Below are positions 25,488 through 35,266 of a stretch of DNA of 53,351 bases, piece after piece. The notes under the pieces were generated by a model. That model made no database searches and was not told the origin of the DNA. It was given only the letters and a program-made list of their open reading frames with translations. Position 1 is the first letter of the stretch; each line of letters begins with the position of its first letter. The translations under genes and the position numbers were made by a program. The stretch lies in assembly GCA_016182105.1 (NCBI GenBank), contig JACOXZ010000001.1, positions 1-53,351 on the forward strand, read 5' to 3'. This stretch comes from Candidatus Liptonbacteria bacterium. Lineage in GTDB: Bacteria; Patescibacteriota; Minisyncoccia; UBA6257; 2-01-FULL-56-20.

Positions 25488-27215
25488 TTAAACCTTAACC
25501 TCGCCCTTTTCCTCGAGAAGTTGTTCGGGGCTCGTGGTGATGACCTTGTCTTCAAAAAAAGAGGAAATATTTTGGATGGCCACATGCTGGCGGCCGGCAA
25601 AGAAAAGCCCGGTGCCCACCGCGGCTCCCAAAAGCAGATTCTTCTCCGCGTCGGTTAAGTTGAAAGCTTTGGCGACGACGTCAATCGTGGCCGGCGCTTG
25701 CTTCAAGAGGAGCTGGAGCGAGGAATTGGTGATAATCGGCCGGCCAAATGGCGAACGCAGGAAGTCCTCAACGTCTTGGGTGATGGTTGAGACGCCAAGA
25801 TAGTATTTTCTCGCCCGTTTTACTAAACCAAAGAGGAAACTCGCGCTGTCCTCGTATTTCATCATCCACCAGGCCTCGTCAATGATGAGCAGTCTTTTTT
25901 TGAGCCGAGCGCGGATCAGATTCCAGATGAAGTTCAAAATGATATACATTGCAATCGGCCGGAGCTCGTCTTCCAAATCGCGAATTGAGAAGACAATGAG
26001 ACGATTATTGATATCAATATCAGTAGGTTTGTTCAAAAATCCGGCAAAACTGCCTTTGGTGTATTTGTAAAGCCGTTCAGCCATTGCCCGGCCGCCCTCG
26101 ATGTTCCGAAGAACGGTTTCCAAATCTTCAAGAAGCGGGGCCGCCGCCTTAGAGAAGTCTTCGTTTGGGGTGATCTCCCGAGAGGCATAGGTTTCGGTGA
26201 TCGCCCGATCTAAAAGTGCGTCTTCCTCTACAGAGAGTTTGCCGAGCATGAGCTTCAAGAGCCCTGCCATATTCACGATGTGCGAGCGTAAGACATCGCC
26301 TGGGTTTTCGTTTTCCGGAACAAGCGGAATGTCAAAGGGATTGATGTGGTTTTCCGAGGAGAGAGAAATATTAAAGAAGCTGCCGCCAAAGCTGTCGGCC
26401 AAGCGCTGGTACTCGTTTTCCGGATCAATGATCAAAACATCCACGCCAAACATAAGCGTTCGGATAACTTCTAGTTTAGTGGCGTAGGATTTTCCCGAGC
26501 CTGACTTCGCAAAAACCACCTGGTTCGCGTTCTCTAAGGAGAAGCGGTCGAAAATTATGAGGTTATTGTTGTGGCGATTGATGCCGTACATAATGCCCTG
26601 GTTTGAGGTAAGGTCTTCGGAGACAAACGGAAAAAAGGAGGCCAAAGGCCCGGAATTCATAGGCGTTGTAATTGAGATCTCGTCCTGGGCCAAAGGCATA
26701 ATTGAAAGAATGCCTTGAAGCTGCTGGAAAAGAGCCGGCTTCATATAAATCAACTTCCCTTCCATAAGAGAATTTACCCTATGTTCAAGTTTGGAAAGTT
26801 CTTCTAGATTATCCGCGTAGATCGTTAGATAGACGCCGACCGAAAAAAGCTTTTCTTGGGATTGCTGGAGTGTGTCCCGCAGGGACTCCACGTCCTGAAG
26901 CGCGGTCTCAAGAAGCGGGTCGCGGACCAGGCCTTTCTCCTGCTGTTCCATAATTTGGGCTTCAAGCTGGCCGGTTTTTTTGCGCAGATTCTTGAGGGCC
27001 GTGCCAGTTTCCATCGGGTTTATAAAAATCGAAATATCAAAGAGATTCGGCAGGTTGATCAGAGGCTCGGACCAGCCGGTTGAAAGATAGCGGGGATAGG
27101 AAAGGATAAAAAGGTTTTTGGCCACCTTGTCCCCGATCTTTACGTAGTTCGAATTAACCTCAAGTCCTGCCGGCGCGATTATCTTCTTTATATTTTTGAA
27201 ATCACCGTTTGACAT
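25488..27215 (-). CDS. virB4: VirB4/TraC-like secretion ATPase
   Basis: AKSGSGKS Walker A, IIDPENEY, INPFD, IIDEAW Walker B, KRARKY, ITQ. Confidence 0.9.
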   Translation of the reverse strand: MSNGDFKNIKKIIAPAGLEVNSNYVKIGDKVAKNLFILSYPRYLSTGWSEPLINLPNLFDISIFINPMETGTALKNLRKKTGQLEAQIMEQQEKGLVRDPLLETALQDVESLRDTLQQSQEKLFSVGVYLTIYADNLEELSKLEHRVNSLMEGKLIYMKPALFQQLQGILSIMPLAQDEISITTPMNSGPLASFFPFVSEDLTSNQGIMYGINRHNNNLIIFDRFSLENANQVVFAKSGSGKSYATKLEVIRTLMFGVDVLIIDPENEYQRLADSFGGSFFNISLSSENHINPFDIPLVPENENPGDVLRSHIVNMAGLLKLMLGKLSVEEDALLDRAITETYASREITPNEDFSKAAAPLLEDLETVLRNIEGGRAMAERLYKYTKGSFAGFLNKPTDIDINNRLIVFSIRDLEDELRPIAMYIILNFIWNLIRARLKKRLLIIDEAWWMMKYEDSASFLFGLVKRARKYYLGVSTITQDVEDFLRSPFGRPIITNSSLQLLLKQAPATIDVVAKAFNLTDAEKNLLLGAAVGTGLFFAGRQHVAIQNISSFFEDKVITTSPEQLLEEKGEVKV

Positions 27216-27893
27216 TTATTGAATTTTGCTGGAGCCAACTGTTTGAATTGGAATCCCCTTTTTCTCGATGGTTTCCGGATTGTAGAAGTTGTAGTAGAGC
27301 TCGATTAACTGTTCGTCGTTCAAAACTTCAGCTTCGAGATCAATCGTTCGGAGCCCCTCAATAACTTGGGCGACCCGCTGTTTTAGCTGGCCCGAGTTTT
27401 GTTCAAAGCTTTGCTGTCTTTCGCGCTCCGCCTTTTCCTCGGCGGCCCCACCCTTTTTCTTCACGAATGGCAAAAATTTAGAGACGGTTTCTTTGGAAGG
27501 CAAAGAAACCGGCGCCCAAGGAACAACAATAAAAAAGGTTTTGGCCATAATATCATTTTCTTTCACAAACCCAGTGACGAATTCTTTATATTCGCCGATT
27601 TGACTCTGGAGCAGAGCCGACTCTTCTTTTTGCACCCGTTCTTCAAGGTCAGCCAGATATTTTTCAATATTGATTTTTCTTGAGTGAATGATGATCTGTA
27701 GAGGGAAGTCCAGGCTGTTCAAAAAATTTTGATAGGAAGAGGTGATGACATTCTGCTCGTTTTCCGATTTCAGGGCGAAGTTCAAGCCGCTGACCATCAA
27801 GACCTGCCTCATAGCCCCGCCTTTTAAGATCACCGTGCTCTCGTGGATATCCTCGATTGTGACTAAGTCTTGAGTGTTAGCTAAATTGGCCAT
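27216..27893 (-). CDS. TraC/VirB4 N-terminal-like T4SS protein
   Basis: NFALKS..EQ..I...YQNFLNSL.FP.QI.I.SR motif, directly upstream of the VirB4 gene. Confidence 0.75.
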   Translation of the reverse strand: MANLANTQDLVTIEDIHESTVILKGGAMRQVLMVSGLNFALKSENEQNVITSSYQNFLNSLDFPLQIIIHSRKINIEKYLADLEERVQKEESALLQSQIGEYKEFVTGFVKENDIMAKTFFIVVPWAPVSLPSKETVSKFLPFVKKKGGAAEEKAERERQQSFEQNSGQLKQRVAQVIEGLRTIDLEAEVLNDEQLIELYYNFYNPETIEKKGIPIQTVGSSKIQ

Positions 27894-27901
27894 TTTAACA
27901 T

Positions 27902-28411
27902 CTAGCGATAATCAATTCTCCGGCCGGCTTGGCGCTCCCCGGTTTTGCGGCTGAAGATTTCGTATTTTTCTGCTTTCAGCGATTCAATGAGGCCTGCCGG
28001 CGACATCGCTTTTTTGCCTGTCTGGAGATTCTGCCAGACATTTTTTAGGCCTGTTCCCGAGACGATGTTCTCGAGGGATAATTTGCCTTGGGCGAGCGAC
28101 TTCAAGGCTGACTCGTCTTTGGCAAGTTTCGGATTTTCCGGCTGCCAGACGTATCTTTGGGGCTGCCAGTAGAAGTGCATGGCTGAAAAAATAACCTTGA
28201 CAAGCGGCCGGCCGTTGATCTTCACAAAGGCCAGGGCAAAACTAGAGCCCACAAGAAACACGGTGATTATGGCCCAGATTGCGGGTTTGAGCATAAAGAA
28301 GAGAAGAAAGCTGGTAGCGGCTGAGCCGCCTATAAAAAGGAATTGACGGATAGTGAGAGGTCCGACAATTTTATCTTCGGTTTCTATAAATTGTGGGACT
28401 TGGAATTGCAT
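27902..28411 (-). CDS. PrgI family (VirB3-like) protein
   Basis: MQFQVPQFIETEDKIVGPLT.RQF, two TM helices, K.NGRP. Confidence 0.85.
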   Translation of the reverse strand: MQFQVPQFIETEDKIVGPLTIRQFLFIGGSAATSFLLFFMLKPAIWAIITVFLVGSSFALAFVKINGRPLVKVIFSAMHFYWQPQRYVWQPENPKLAKDESALKSLAQGKLSLENIVSGTGLKNVWQNLQTGKKAMSPAGLIESLKAEKYEIFSRKTGERQAGRRIDYR

Positions 28412-28429
28412 TTTAACGAAGAATTTTCA

Positions 28430-29494
28430 CTACCCGGCATTGTGATTATTTTTTAGATCGACAGTATTCGAGTCATCAGGCGGCGCTGGCGAAGGCTGCG
28501 GAGCCGGCGCCCTAAAAGGTTCGCTAGGCCGAGGAGGCGGGGATGGGGGCTTAGGCATCGATGCTTTAATGGTCAAGGCCTCGCGTTTTAGTTCTTCTTC
28601 GGAGATTACTTTGGGCGCGAAGATAATTTCCTTTTGGGACTTTCGGCTAAAGAGCGATTTTAGCCATCCCCAAAAACCCCGCCTTTTTTTCTGAATCGGC
28701 ATTGGCGTCATATTTATTTTTATTTCTTCTGCTCGGATATTTACTTCCTTGACCGGTTGAGGCGGAGAGGGCAGTTCTTGCTCCGGCGACATTAAGGGGG
28801 TTCGGAGGTTTGTTTCTCCGCCGATCTCGAGTCGCGCTGGCCGCATAGGAGGCGTAAACTTTTCTCCAACCTCCTCGAATTTAGGCAAAGGCGCTTCTAG
28901 CTTGAAACCAGAGGCGGGTTTGCCCGGCTCAGATTCGGCTTCCTCATGAAGAATAATCGGTTCTTCTTTAAAGGTTTCGCTCGGTTCTCTTGGCGGACTC
29001 GTCGGCGAGGGGATAGCTTGACCAGTTGGCGCTGGCGGCGGCGCCTGCGGCTGCTTTATCTCCTCGATCATTTTAGGCGGGGAACCAAAGGTTTCCAGGG
29101 GTTTTTTGATTTCACTCAAGATCCTTGGCGCTGGTCCCGACTCAATTTCCGGCTCTGGAAGGGGCGTGAAGTTGCGTTCTAGGTCATCTCGGATCGAGGA
29201 GAAAATTTTTCTGTTTATCTCGTCGGCAATAGAGGCGGCGAGGCGAGGATTATTAAGTTCAAGCGCCTCATTGATCTCTCGTCCTAAATCTTCAGTATGG
29301 ATGAATCCAAAAAGGACGAGGCCAGTCAATTGTTTGACCATCAGCACCCTCTCTTCGTCGATTAAGCGGTGATTTTGGCAGACGCGTTCAATGATTTGGT
29401 GATTTGCCTCCCGTTCGAGCATATTTTGAATACTCTGCGGCAGAGAGTTAAAGCGCTTAAATAGTTCTCGTTCTGTGATTAAAGAGTAGTCCAT
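28430..29494 (-). CDS. Hypothetical protein with helical N-terminus and Pro-rich disordered C-terminus
   Basis: 354-aa ORF co-oriented inside the operon. Confidence 0.75.
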   Translation of the reverse strand: MDYSLITERELFKRFNSLPQSIQNMLEREANHQIIERVCQNHRLIDEERVLMVKQLTGLVLFGFIHTEDLGREINEALELNNPRLAASIADEINRKIFSSIRDDLERNFTPLPEPEIESGPAPRILSEIKKPLETFGSPPKMIEEIKQPQAPPPAPTGQAIPSPTSPPREPSETFKEEPIILHEEAESEPGKPASGFKLEAPLPKFEEVGEKFTPPMRPARLEIGGETNLRTPLMSPEQELPSPPQPVKEVNIRAEEIKINMTPMPIQKKRRGFWGWLKSLFSRKSQKEIIFAPKVISEEELKREALTIKASMPKPPSPPPRPSEPFRAPAPQPSPAPPDDSNTVDLKNNHNAG

Positions 29495-29495
29495 T

Positions 29496-31046
29496 CTACG
29501 GTGTTGATGGTGTTGGCGGCGGCGTTGGTGCGGGTGTTGGCGTTGGTGTGGGAGCTCCTCCTTCCCCCTCTATTTCAAGACCCACCGCTTTTGCCTGTGC
29601 TTTGGTCAGTTTTGTTGTCTTCTTCTTAAATCCTTTTTTCGCGCCTTCGTATACGCTTCCTAAAATACCCGGACTTGTTTTTGCCGCTGTTCCGAATGCT
29701 GAAATGTCTTTAAACACTTCCTTAGGCATAAGCGTCTTCGAGGTGGCTTGGGCCGCCGTTCGGAGCGGGGCACCGACGGTATGAGCAGCTTTTCGGAACG
29801 GATAGGTGAGTTTCTGAAGTCCTGCCTTAAAGCCCTTAGCTTCTGGCGACGGCCGTTCCGGCGCCGGTTTCGGTCCGTGGGTTGCAAAGCGTGCTGCAGC
29901 TCCGCCGCCCTTTCTTCCGGCCCAGCCGCCAAGGGCTTTGGCGGCGCCAGTAGCCGCTCCCATGGCCACCGCGGCCCCTGTCATGCCCAATTTATTCGCC
30001 GCAAAAAGCCCGCCGATCATAATGCCAACGATGATGAGCTGTTCTAGTACGTCTTGGACGATCGGGGCTAACACGCCTGTAAGAGCGCTTACGATCGAAT
30101 CCCAGGTGCTATTCCCGGCCTGGTAAGTGGCTAACTCCGGCCCGCCTAATATTTCGCCCATATTCCGCGATGCTTGAATGCCAAGATAAAGGAAAAATAG
30201 TACAAGCGGGGCGAAAAAAGCCCAGCGCAGGAAATTGCTCCACCATTTGTCCCAGTTGTGACTGAACTTGGGGAATATCCAGAGTAGCCAGACAAAAGGC
30301 ATAAGAATAAGAAGGATGCCTATAAATATATAGCGAATAATAAGCATGACTATTACCGCAAGAAGAGTGATTACGATAACGATAAGAGATAAAACCACGA
30401 AGACGAGCGAGGTGATTGGGGTAAGCAGTTTTCCTATATCAGCCCCTAATGCGGCAATACCCTGGAGTTTATTGGTGTCATCGCTATTAATCTGGTTAAT
30501 GGCCACAAGGCCCTTTTGAGGATTAAAAGCTCCGGCAATCGCGCTTGCAAAACTGCTGAAACCGCTCGTCCCTGCCGGACTTACCCTGTCGAGAAGAAAA
30601 AAGGTGAGCTGATCGGAGAAATTCAGTATCGCGCCCGCAATCACCATGCTGAAGTTTACAAGAAGTGCGGCAACAATGAGTTTCCAGAGGAGTTTTTTGA
30701 TCCCGTGAGTTTGGCTTCTAAGTATTGTGGCTATGGCAATCACAATGATGGCCACGACAAAACCTAAATTGGCAATTGAAAGGGCTATCTGGAAGCCGAT
30801 CCTCACTGGAGGAGACGTAGCTATGTGAGTGTTCATATTGAGGATGACTCCGATTGCCCAGGCCTCGACAGCAACCCCGAGCCCAACGATATAAGAAATA
30901 ATGTAGGTGATGCCAAAGACGATTTTGCCTATGACGGTGTAGGCAATGTCTTCAATGATGTTGGCGTGGGCAAGTTTAGGCGCGAGCCCGATAAATAGAA
31001 CTCCTATAACGAGAAACAACAGTATTTTCTTAAATTTCTTTTCCAT
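29496..31046 (-). CDS. VirB6/TrbL-like polytopic membrane protein
   Basis: Signal peptide, L.KLI.AALLVNFS, R...I..L.I..P.......FP......W.KW...F..WAFFAP, and an Ala/Gly-rich tail. Confidence 0.7.
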   Translation of the reverse strand: MEKKFKKILLFLVIGVLFIGLAPKLAHANIIEDIAYTVIGKIVFGITYIISYIVGLGVAVEAWAIGVILNMNTHIATSPPVRIGFQIALSIANLGFVVAIIVIAIATILRSQTHGIKKLLWKLIVAALLVNFSMVIAGAILNFSDQLTFFLLDRVSPAGTSGFSSFASAIAGAFNPQKGLVAINQINSDDTNKLQGIAALGADIGKLLTPITSLVFVVLSLIVIVITLLAVIVMLIIRYIFIGILLILMPFVWLLWIFPKFSHNWDKWWSNFLRWAFFAPLVLFFLYLGIQASRNMGEILGGPELATYQAGNSTWDSIVSALTGVLAPIVQDVLEQLIIVGIMIGGLFAANKLGMTGAAVAMGAATGAAKALGGWAGRKGGGAAARFATHGPKPAPERPSPEAKGFKAGLQKLTYPFRKAAHTVGAPLRTAAQATSKTLMPKEVFKDISAFGTAAKTSPGILGSVYEGAKKGFKKKTTKLTKAQAKAVGLEIEGEGGAPTPTPTPAPTPPPTPSTP

Positions 31047-31060
31047 TTAAAAACAGCTAT

Positions 31061-33817
31061 TTAAATATTGAAGGCTTCGCATGTATTTAGTAGGTCTTGT
31101 GCATTGTCAAAGTCGTTTATAATACGCGGATCTGAAAGTTGAGTTTGATATTGATTAAGTAAGTCCGCGCTCGCTTGACCTGTGCCGTACGTCGCGTAGA
31201 GGGTAGTTATTAGAGCATCGTAGTCTGCGGCTGGGTCATTTAAAGCGTTGTTTATGAAGGCCAAAAGGCTGCTATCTTGGGACCGAAGGTTTGCTTGTTG
31301 TACCAGCCACTGGTCATAAAGAGGAGTCCAGTATGCTAATAATAGTGCGGCTTGCTGTTCATATTGATCAGCCCTAGGATCGATTTTGCTTTGGCAGACA
31401 GAAATGGCTTGTCTTAAAACTTGAATCGTAGAACTTGCAGCAATTAGCAATTGGTCGAGTACGCCAATAGAAGCCTGGTTGTTGCTCAAAATCTTGTTAG
31501 CTTCCGAAGTAAAGGCGGTTTTAGGGTCATAAGGGCATACGTCAAGTAGCGCCTGTGCTTGGGCAGGGCCGTCGATAATACTTGGATTTGAAAGTTGATT
31601 TAGATATGTCTCGAGTAAAGCCGTGCTCGTTTGGACCGTGCCGTACGTCGTGTGAAGGTCATTTATTTTAGTAAGGTAGTAGTCTGGCGGGAGTGGGTCA
31701 GGCGGCGAATTTAAGGCGTTGTCTATGAAGATCTCGAGACTATCAACTTGGGACTGAAGGTTTGTTAGTTGTACCAACCACTGGTTATAAAGGTTAGTCC
31801 AGTAAGACAGCAATCGCGCTACTTTCTCTCTGTACAAATCGCCCTGCGGGCCGGCTACGGATACACAGCCAAGAGCCGCTTTTCTTAAAATTTCAAGCGT
31901 AGAACTTGCAATAGGCAGCAATTGGTTCAGCATATCAATAGAAGCCTGGTTATTATTCAAGATTTGGTAAGCTTCTTGAGTGAATGCGCCCTTGGGGTCG
32001 GTGATGACATTGCTTCCAGTCGTGCCGTACGTGGCAGTTGGATCGGCTAACCCCGTTTGGCCGCTAAGGAGAAGTTTGTTTAAGAATGAGTTTACAAGAG
32101 CAGCCACGAGACCGACTATATCTTGGGCGTTTACGATACGGTGAATAGGCGCTCCCAGGGCGCTATCAACGACTCTTCCGAGCGCCACGCCGGGGGTGGT
32201 GTTTTGCCATCCGTCCTTGGTGCAGGTTCTAAAAGTGCCAGTCGTGGGATTCAGAGATTTTTTTAGATAGTCCTCGCCAATTACATCTGCGGCAGCGATA
32301 GCGTCAGTTTCTAGATAAGGGGGTGGAAGGGTGTTTGTATCTATTATTTCAGTCATTGTATGCCTTTGGGGGCTGGCGCAGACCTTGGTTGAGAGAAATC
32401 CTTGGCTGCCTTGGGATTCTGAATCAGCGGAAGCCTTTGATTTTTCAGACTGCCTTAGAGCCACATCGCTTACCTGGATCATGCTTCCAAAGAAATTATT
32501 GTTTGGCTGGATAGCAGTGGTATAGGCCAGCCAGCTGCCGTTTTGAAAGCTGTCGTGGAAGGCTTCGACGTTTGAAATAATTCGATCCAAGGTGCAGGAA
32601 AGCTGTTGGGTAGGTATTTCAATAGACGGCTGGAGAGCGAGTTTAAGGAGCGGCTGAAACGGCTCACAGACGCCTGGCAGGATTTTATAGATAGCGGAAG
32701 CTGCAGCGTCCTTCGCTTGTTCTGTAATAAAAGCCTTCCAGTTTTGTATAAACTGCGGTTTGCCTCCGCCCTGGATCCATTTTATTGTCTGCTGGACCAG
32801 CTGGTGGATCAACTGGTTTTTAAGAAGTTCAACCGCTATTTTTTTTAAATACTCCCAGACCATCCGAGCCCAAAGCACCGGATCGAAAACGATATCCCCG
32901 AATCCTAAAAAGGCGTGAGCTTGTTTTATTGTGAAGAGTCCGATAAAACCCGCTATAAGTTTATTTTGTTTTTCTAAAGAAAACTGTTTTAAGGAAGAAA
33001 GTTTTTTAAATTCTTGTTCAAGGTTTTGTACTGCTTTGAAATAATTTTGTTCCTGTGATTGGATAAGCATAGCTATTTTTAGTGGGTCTTCTGTTTCATC
33101 AAGGAGAGCCAAACCGTTTCTTTGATGAGCAAGAAGAGTTAGAAAACTTTTATGAAAATCTAGAGCTATGCTCGGGACCGAGATTTTTTCCAAACCAAGA
33201 TTAACTTTCTGAACCGCAGTCTTCAGAGAGCCTAAGGTCCTAGGTGAAATTCCCTGGTCCAATTCGGTTGGCAGCTGCGCTTGAAGACCCCCCCAGTTAT
33301 CTTGGAATATTTTACCTAAAGATTCGCTGTAGGCGAGAACATCATCAGCTGAATAATTATTAATAACCTTAACTTTGTCTTGCGGAATTGAGATTTTCCA
33401 TCTCTCGGCTATTAACTTTTTAAGATCTCCATTATTAATGTTTATCGTGCCAAGCAGTTTATCTGTGTCCGGGGCGACTATGGAAGTTTGGCCATCCTGG
33501 TCTTGCGGGCCTTCGGGGTTTAAGGCTACAAGTTCGCGGGCAAGATTGTCAGCCAAGTTGCTTGTTAAGTTGTTCGAGCTATTTTCCGAAAGATCTGCAG
33601 CTGCTAATCTTTGGGATAAATCTTCGGAATGAGGAATTGGTTCGACAAAGGCGCTTTTTCCTAAATTCGGAAGTTGATTTTGAGCCGTTTGTTTTTCGAG
33701 ATCCTCACGATTTAAATTAACGTTTGAAATTTTGGGGCTTGCGAAAAATAAAATCGAGGAGCTTGCAATAGCTGCTAAAATCAGAAAAGAGGCTACAAGC
33801 TTTTTGTGGCTAATCAC
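31061..33817 (-). CDS. Large exported hypothetical protein with a tandem ~157-aa C-terminal repeat
   Basis: N-terminal TM. Repeat units begin at DPK (31999 and 31528). Confidence 0.8.
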   Translation of the reverse strand: MISHKKLVASFLILAAIASSSILFFASPKISNVNLNREDLEKQTAQNQLPNLGKSAFVEPIPHSEDLSQRLAAADLSENSSNNLTSNLADNLARELVALNPEGPQDQDGQTSIVAPDTDKLLGTININNGDLKKLIAERWKISIPQDKVKVINNYSADDVLAYSESLGKIFQDNWGGLQAQLPTELDQGISPRTLGSLKTAVQKVNLGLEKISVPSIALDFHKSFLTLLAHQRNGLALLDETEDPLKIAMLIQSQEQNYFKAVQNLEQEFKKLSSLKQFSLEKQNKLIAGFIGLFTIKQAHAFLGFGDIVFDPVLWARMVWEYLKKIAVELLKNQLIHQLVQQTIKWIQGGGKPQFIQNWKAFITEQAKDAAASAIYKILPGVCEPFQPLLKLALQPSIEIPTQQLSCTLDRIISNVEAFHDSFQNGSWLAYTTAIQPNNNFFGSMIQVSDVALRQSEKSKASADSESQGSQGFLSTKVCASPQRHTMTEIIDTNTLPPPYLETDAIAAADVIGEDYLKKSLNPTTGTFRTCTKDGWQNTTPGVALGRVVDSALGAPIHRIVNAQDIVGLVAALVNSFLNKLLLSGQTGLADPTATYGTTGSNVITDPKGAFTQEAYQILNNNQASIDMLNQLLPIASSTLEILRKAALGCVSVAGPQGDLYREKVARLLSYWTNLYNQWLVQLTNLQSQVDSLEIFIDNALNSPPDPLPPDYYLTKINDLHTTYGTVQTSTALLETYLNQLSNPSIIDGPAQAQALLDVCPYDPKTAFTSEANKILSNNQASIGVLDQLLIAASSTIQVLRQAISVCQSKIDPRADQYEQQAALLLAYWTPLYDQWLVQQANLRSQDSSLLAFINNALNDPAADYDALITTLYATYGTGQASADLLNQYQTQLSDPRIINDFDNAQDLLNTCEAFNI

Positions 33818-33869
33818 ACTTACATTATATATTATAGAGGGTGGCTAAGAAACCTGAAAATATCCCCAC

Positions 33870-34754
33870 TTAGTCTTGAGGTTGAAATACTGCTGACATT
33901 TTCACGATTTCTTCCAAGTTAAGATCTTGAGGTCGAAGATTAGGCGCGATGGAAAGCTTTTTCAGTTTTTTCTCGACCTCGAGCCGAGGCATTTTGAGCG
34001 CCGCCACTAAGTTATTAGCTACTGTTTTTCTCGGCTGCTGGAAGAGAATTTTTACGATTTTATAGTACTTATTCTCTGCGGCGAGTAATCCTTTTTTATT
34101 CTTTTTATTCTTACTACGATTATACCGCAATTGCGGTATAATCGTAGTATTGGGCCGTCGTGTTTTTAGCTGGATAATTGCGGAATCAACTTTTGGCAAA
34201 GGCTCAAAATCCGTTTTCGGAATGAAACCAATAATTTTCGGCTCGGCCCAGAACTGGATAATGGCCGCGAGACGGTTCATCTTGGGCGGCACGGCGCAGA
34301 TTCTTTGAGCCACTTCTTTTTGGAGGGTTAAGACGCAAAGTTCGGGTTTATTTTCGAGTTCGGAAATGTTCCGGAGGAGCCGACCAGTCAAGTAATAGGG
34401 AATGTTGCCTACAATCTTATAGCTTATAGCTTTTAGCTGATAGGCGAGGCCAGGAAGTAGTTTCAGCGCATCGCCCGTCTTAATCTCGATCTCGCAATTT
34501 TTTCTAGAAGTTAAGAGCTCTAAGTTAGAAGCTAGTCGGGGGTCTTTTTCTATCGAGATGATTTTTATCCCATCTTCAGAGTTTTTTTGTTTTCTTTCTA
34601 AAAGCTTTAAGCTATAAGCTATTAGCTCGAGAGTAAGTTCGCCGTGGCCCGCGCCGATCTCGATCGCGATGTCGCCTGCGCGTAGGTCGAGTGCGCCAAC
34701 GATTTTTTTTATCGCCGATTTATTTTTGAGGAAATGCTGACCGAGGAGATTCAC
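33870..34754 (-). CDS. rsmA: 16S rRNA m6,2A dimethyltransferase RsmA/KsgA
   Basis: LGQHFL, EIGAGHGELT, IEKD, GDAL, GNIPYY, QKEVA.RI, PKVDSA. Confidence 0.95.
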   Translation of the reverse strand: MNLLGQHFLKNKSAIKKIVGALDLRAGDIAIEIGAGHGELTLELIAYSLKLLERKQKNSEDGIKIISIEKDPRLASNLELLTSRKNCEIEIKTGDALKLLPGLAYQLKAISYKIVGNIPYYLTGRLLRNISELENKPELCVLTLQKEVAQRICAVPPKMNRLAAIIQFWAEPKIIGFIPKTDFEPLPKVDSAIIQLKTRRPNTTIIPQLRYNRSKNKKNKKGLLAAENKYYKIVKILFQQPRKTVANNLVAALKMPRLEVEKKLKKLSIAPNLRPQDLNLEEIVKMSAVFQPQD

Positions 34755-35266
34755 ACAATTGAAACCGCAGTCTTCTGCGGATAAAGATTGCGGTATGTTT
34801 TTAGCCCCACAAAAGCGGCGAGGGGTAAGGCGAGGGTGATCAGGTTGATGTAGAAGTGAAGATAAATTCCGTCAATGTACCATCCAAGGAGACCGGGACA
34901 GGGAGCGCAGCTGCTTTGAAGCGTTTGTCCGATGCGGGCGGCGTGCTCCAGGACGTGATAACCCTGCAGGTAGAAGCCTGAGAGAAACAAAATTCTGAAG
35001 AACTGGTTCTTCAGGCCGACGCCCGATTTTTTTTCGAAGTAGCGCATTTTGAAACACGGATATGCTAAGAGAAGAAAGTACAAAAGGTTGAATATAAAAT
35101 GATTCCATTCCAGATCGGCGAAAAAAAGAATGCCGTGACTTTCCTTAATCGGGAAGTTGAGCACCGCGTGCTGATAAAATTGCGCGATATGTTCGATGAA
35201 GTGCGCGAATTGGAGGAGCAACGCCGCCAGGAATACTGCAGAGGAACGTTTTGCGGTAATGTCCAT
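34751..35266 (-). CDS. Hypothetical ~4-TM membrane protein with His motifs
   Basis: Q.AHFIEH, EWNHF, QGYHVLEH and YLHF motifs within hydrophobic helices. Confidence 0.75.
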   Translation of the reverse strand: MDITAKRSSAVFLAALLLQFAHFIEHIAQFYQHAVLNFPIKESHGILFFADLEWNHFIFNLLYFLLLAYPCFKMRYFEKKSGVGLKNQFFRILFLSGFYLQGYHVLEHAARIGQTLQSSCAPCPGLLGWYIDGIYLHFYINLITLALPLAAFVGLKTYRNLYPQKTAVSIV

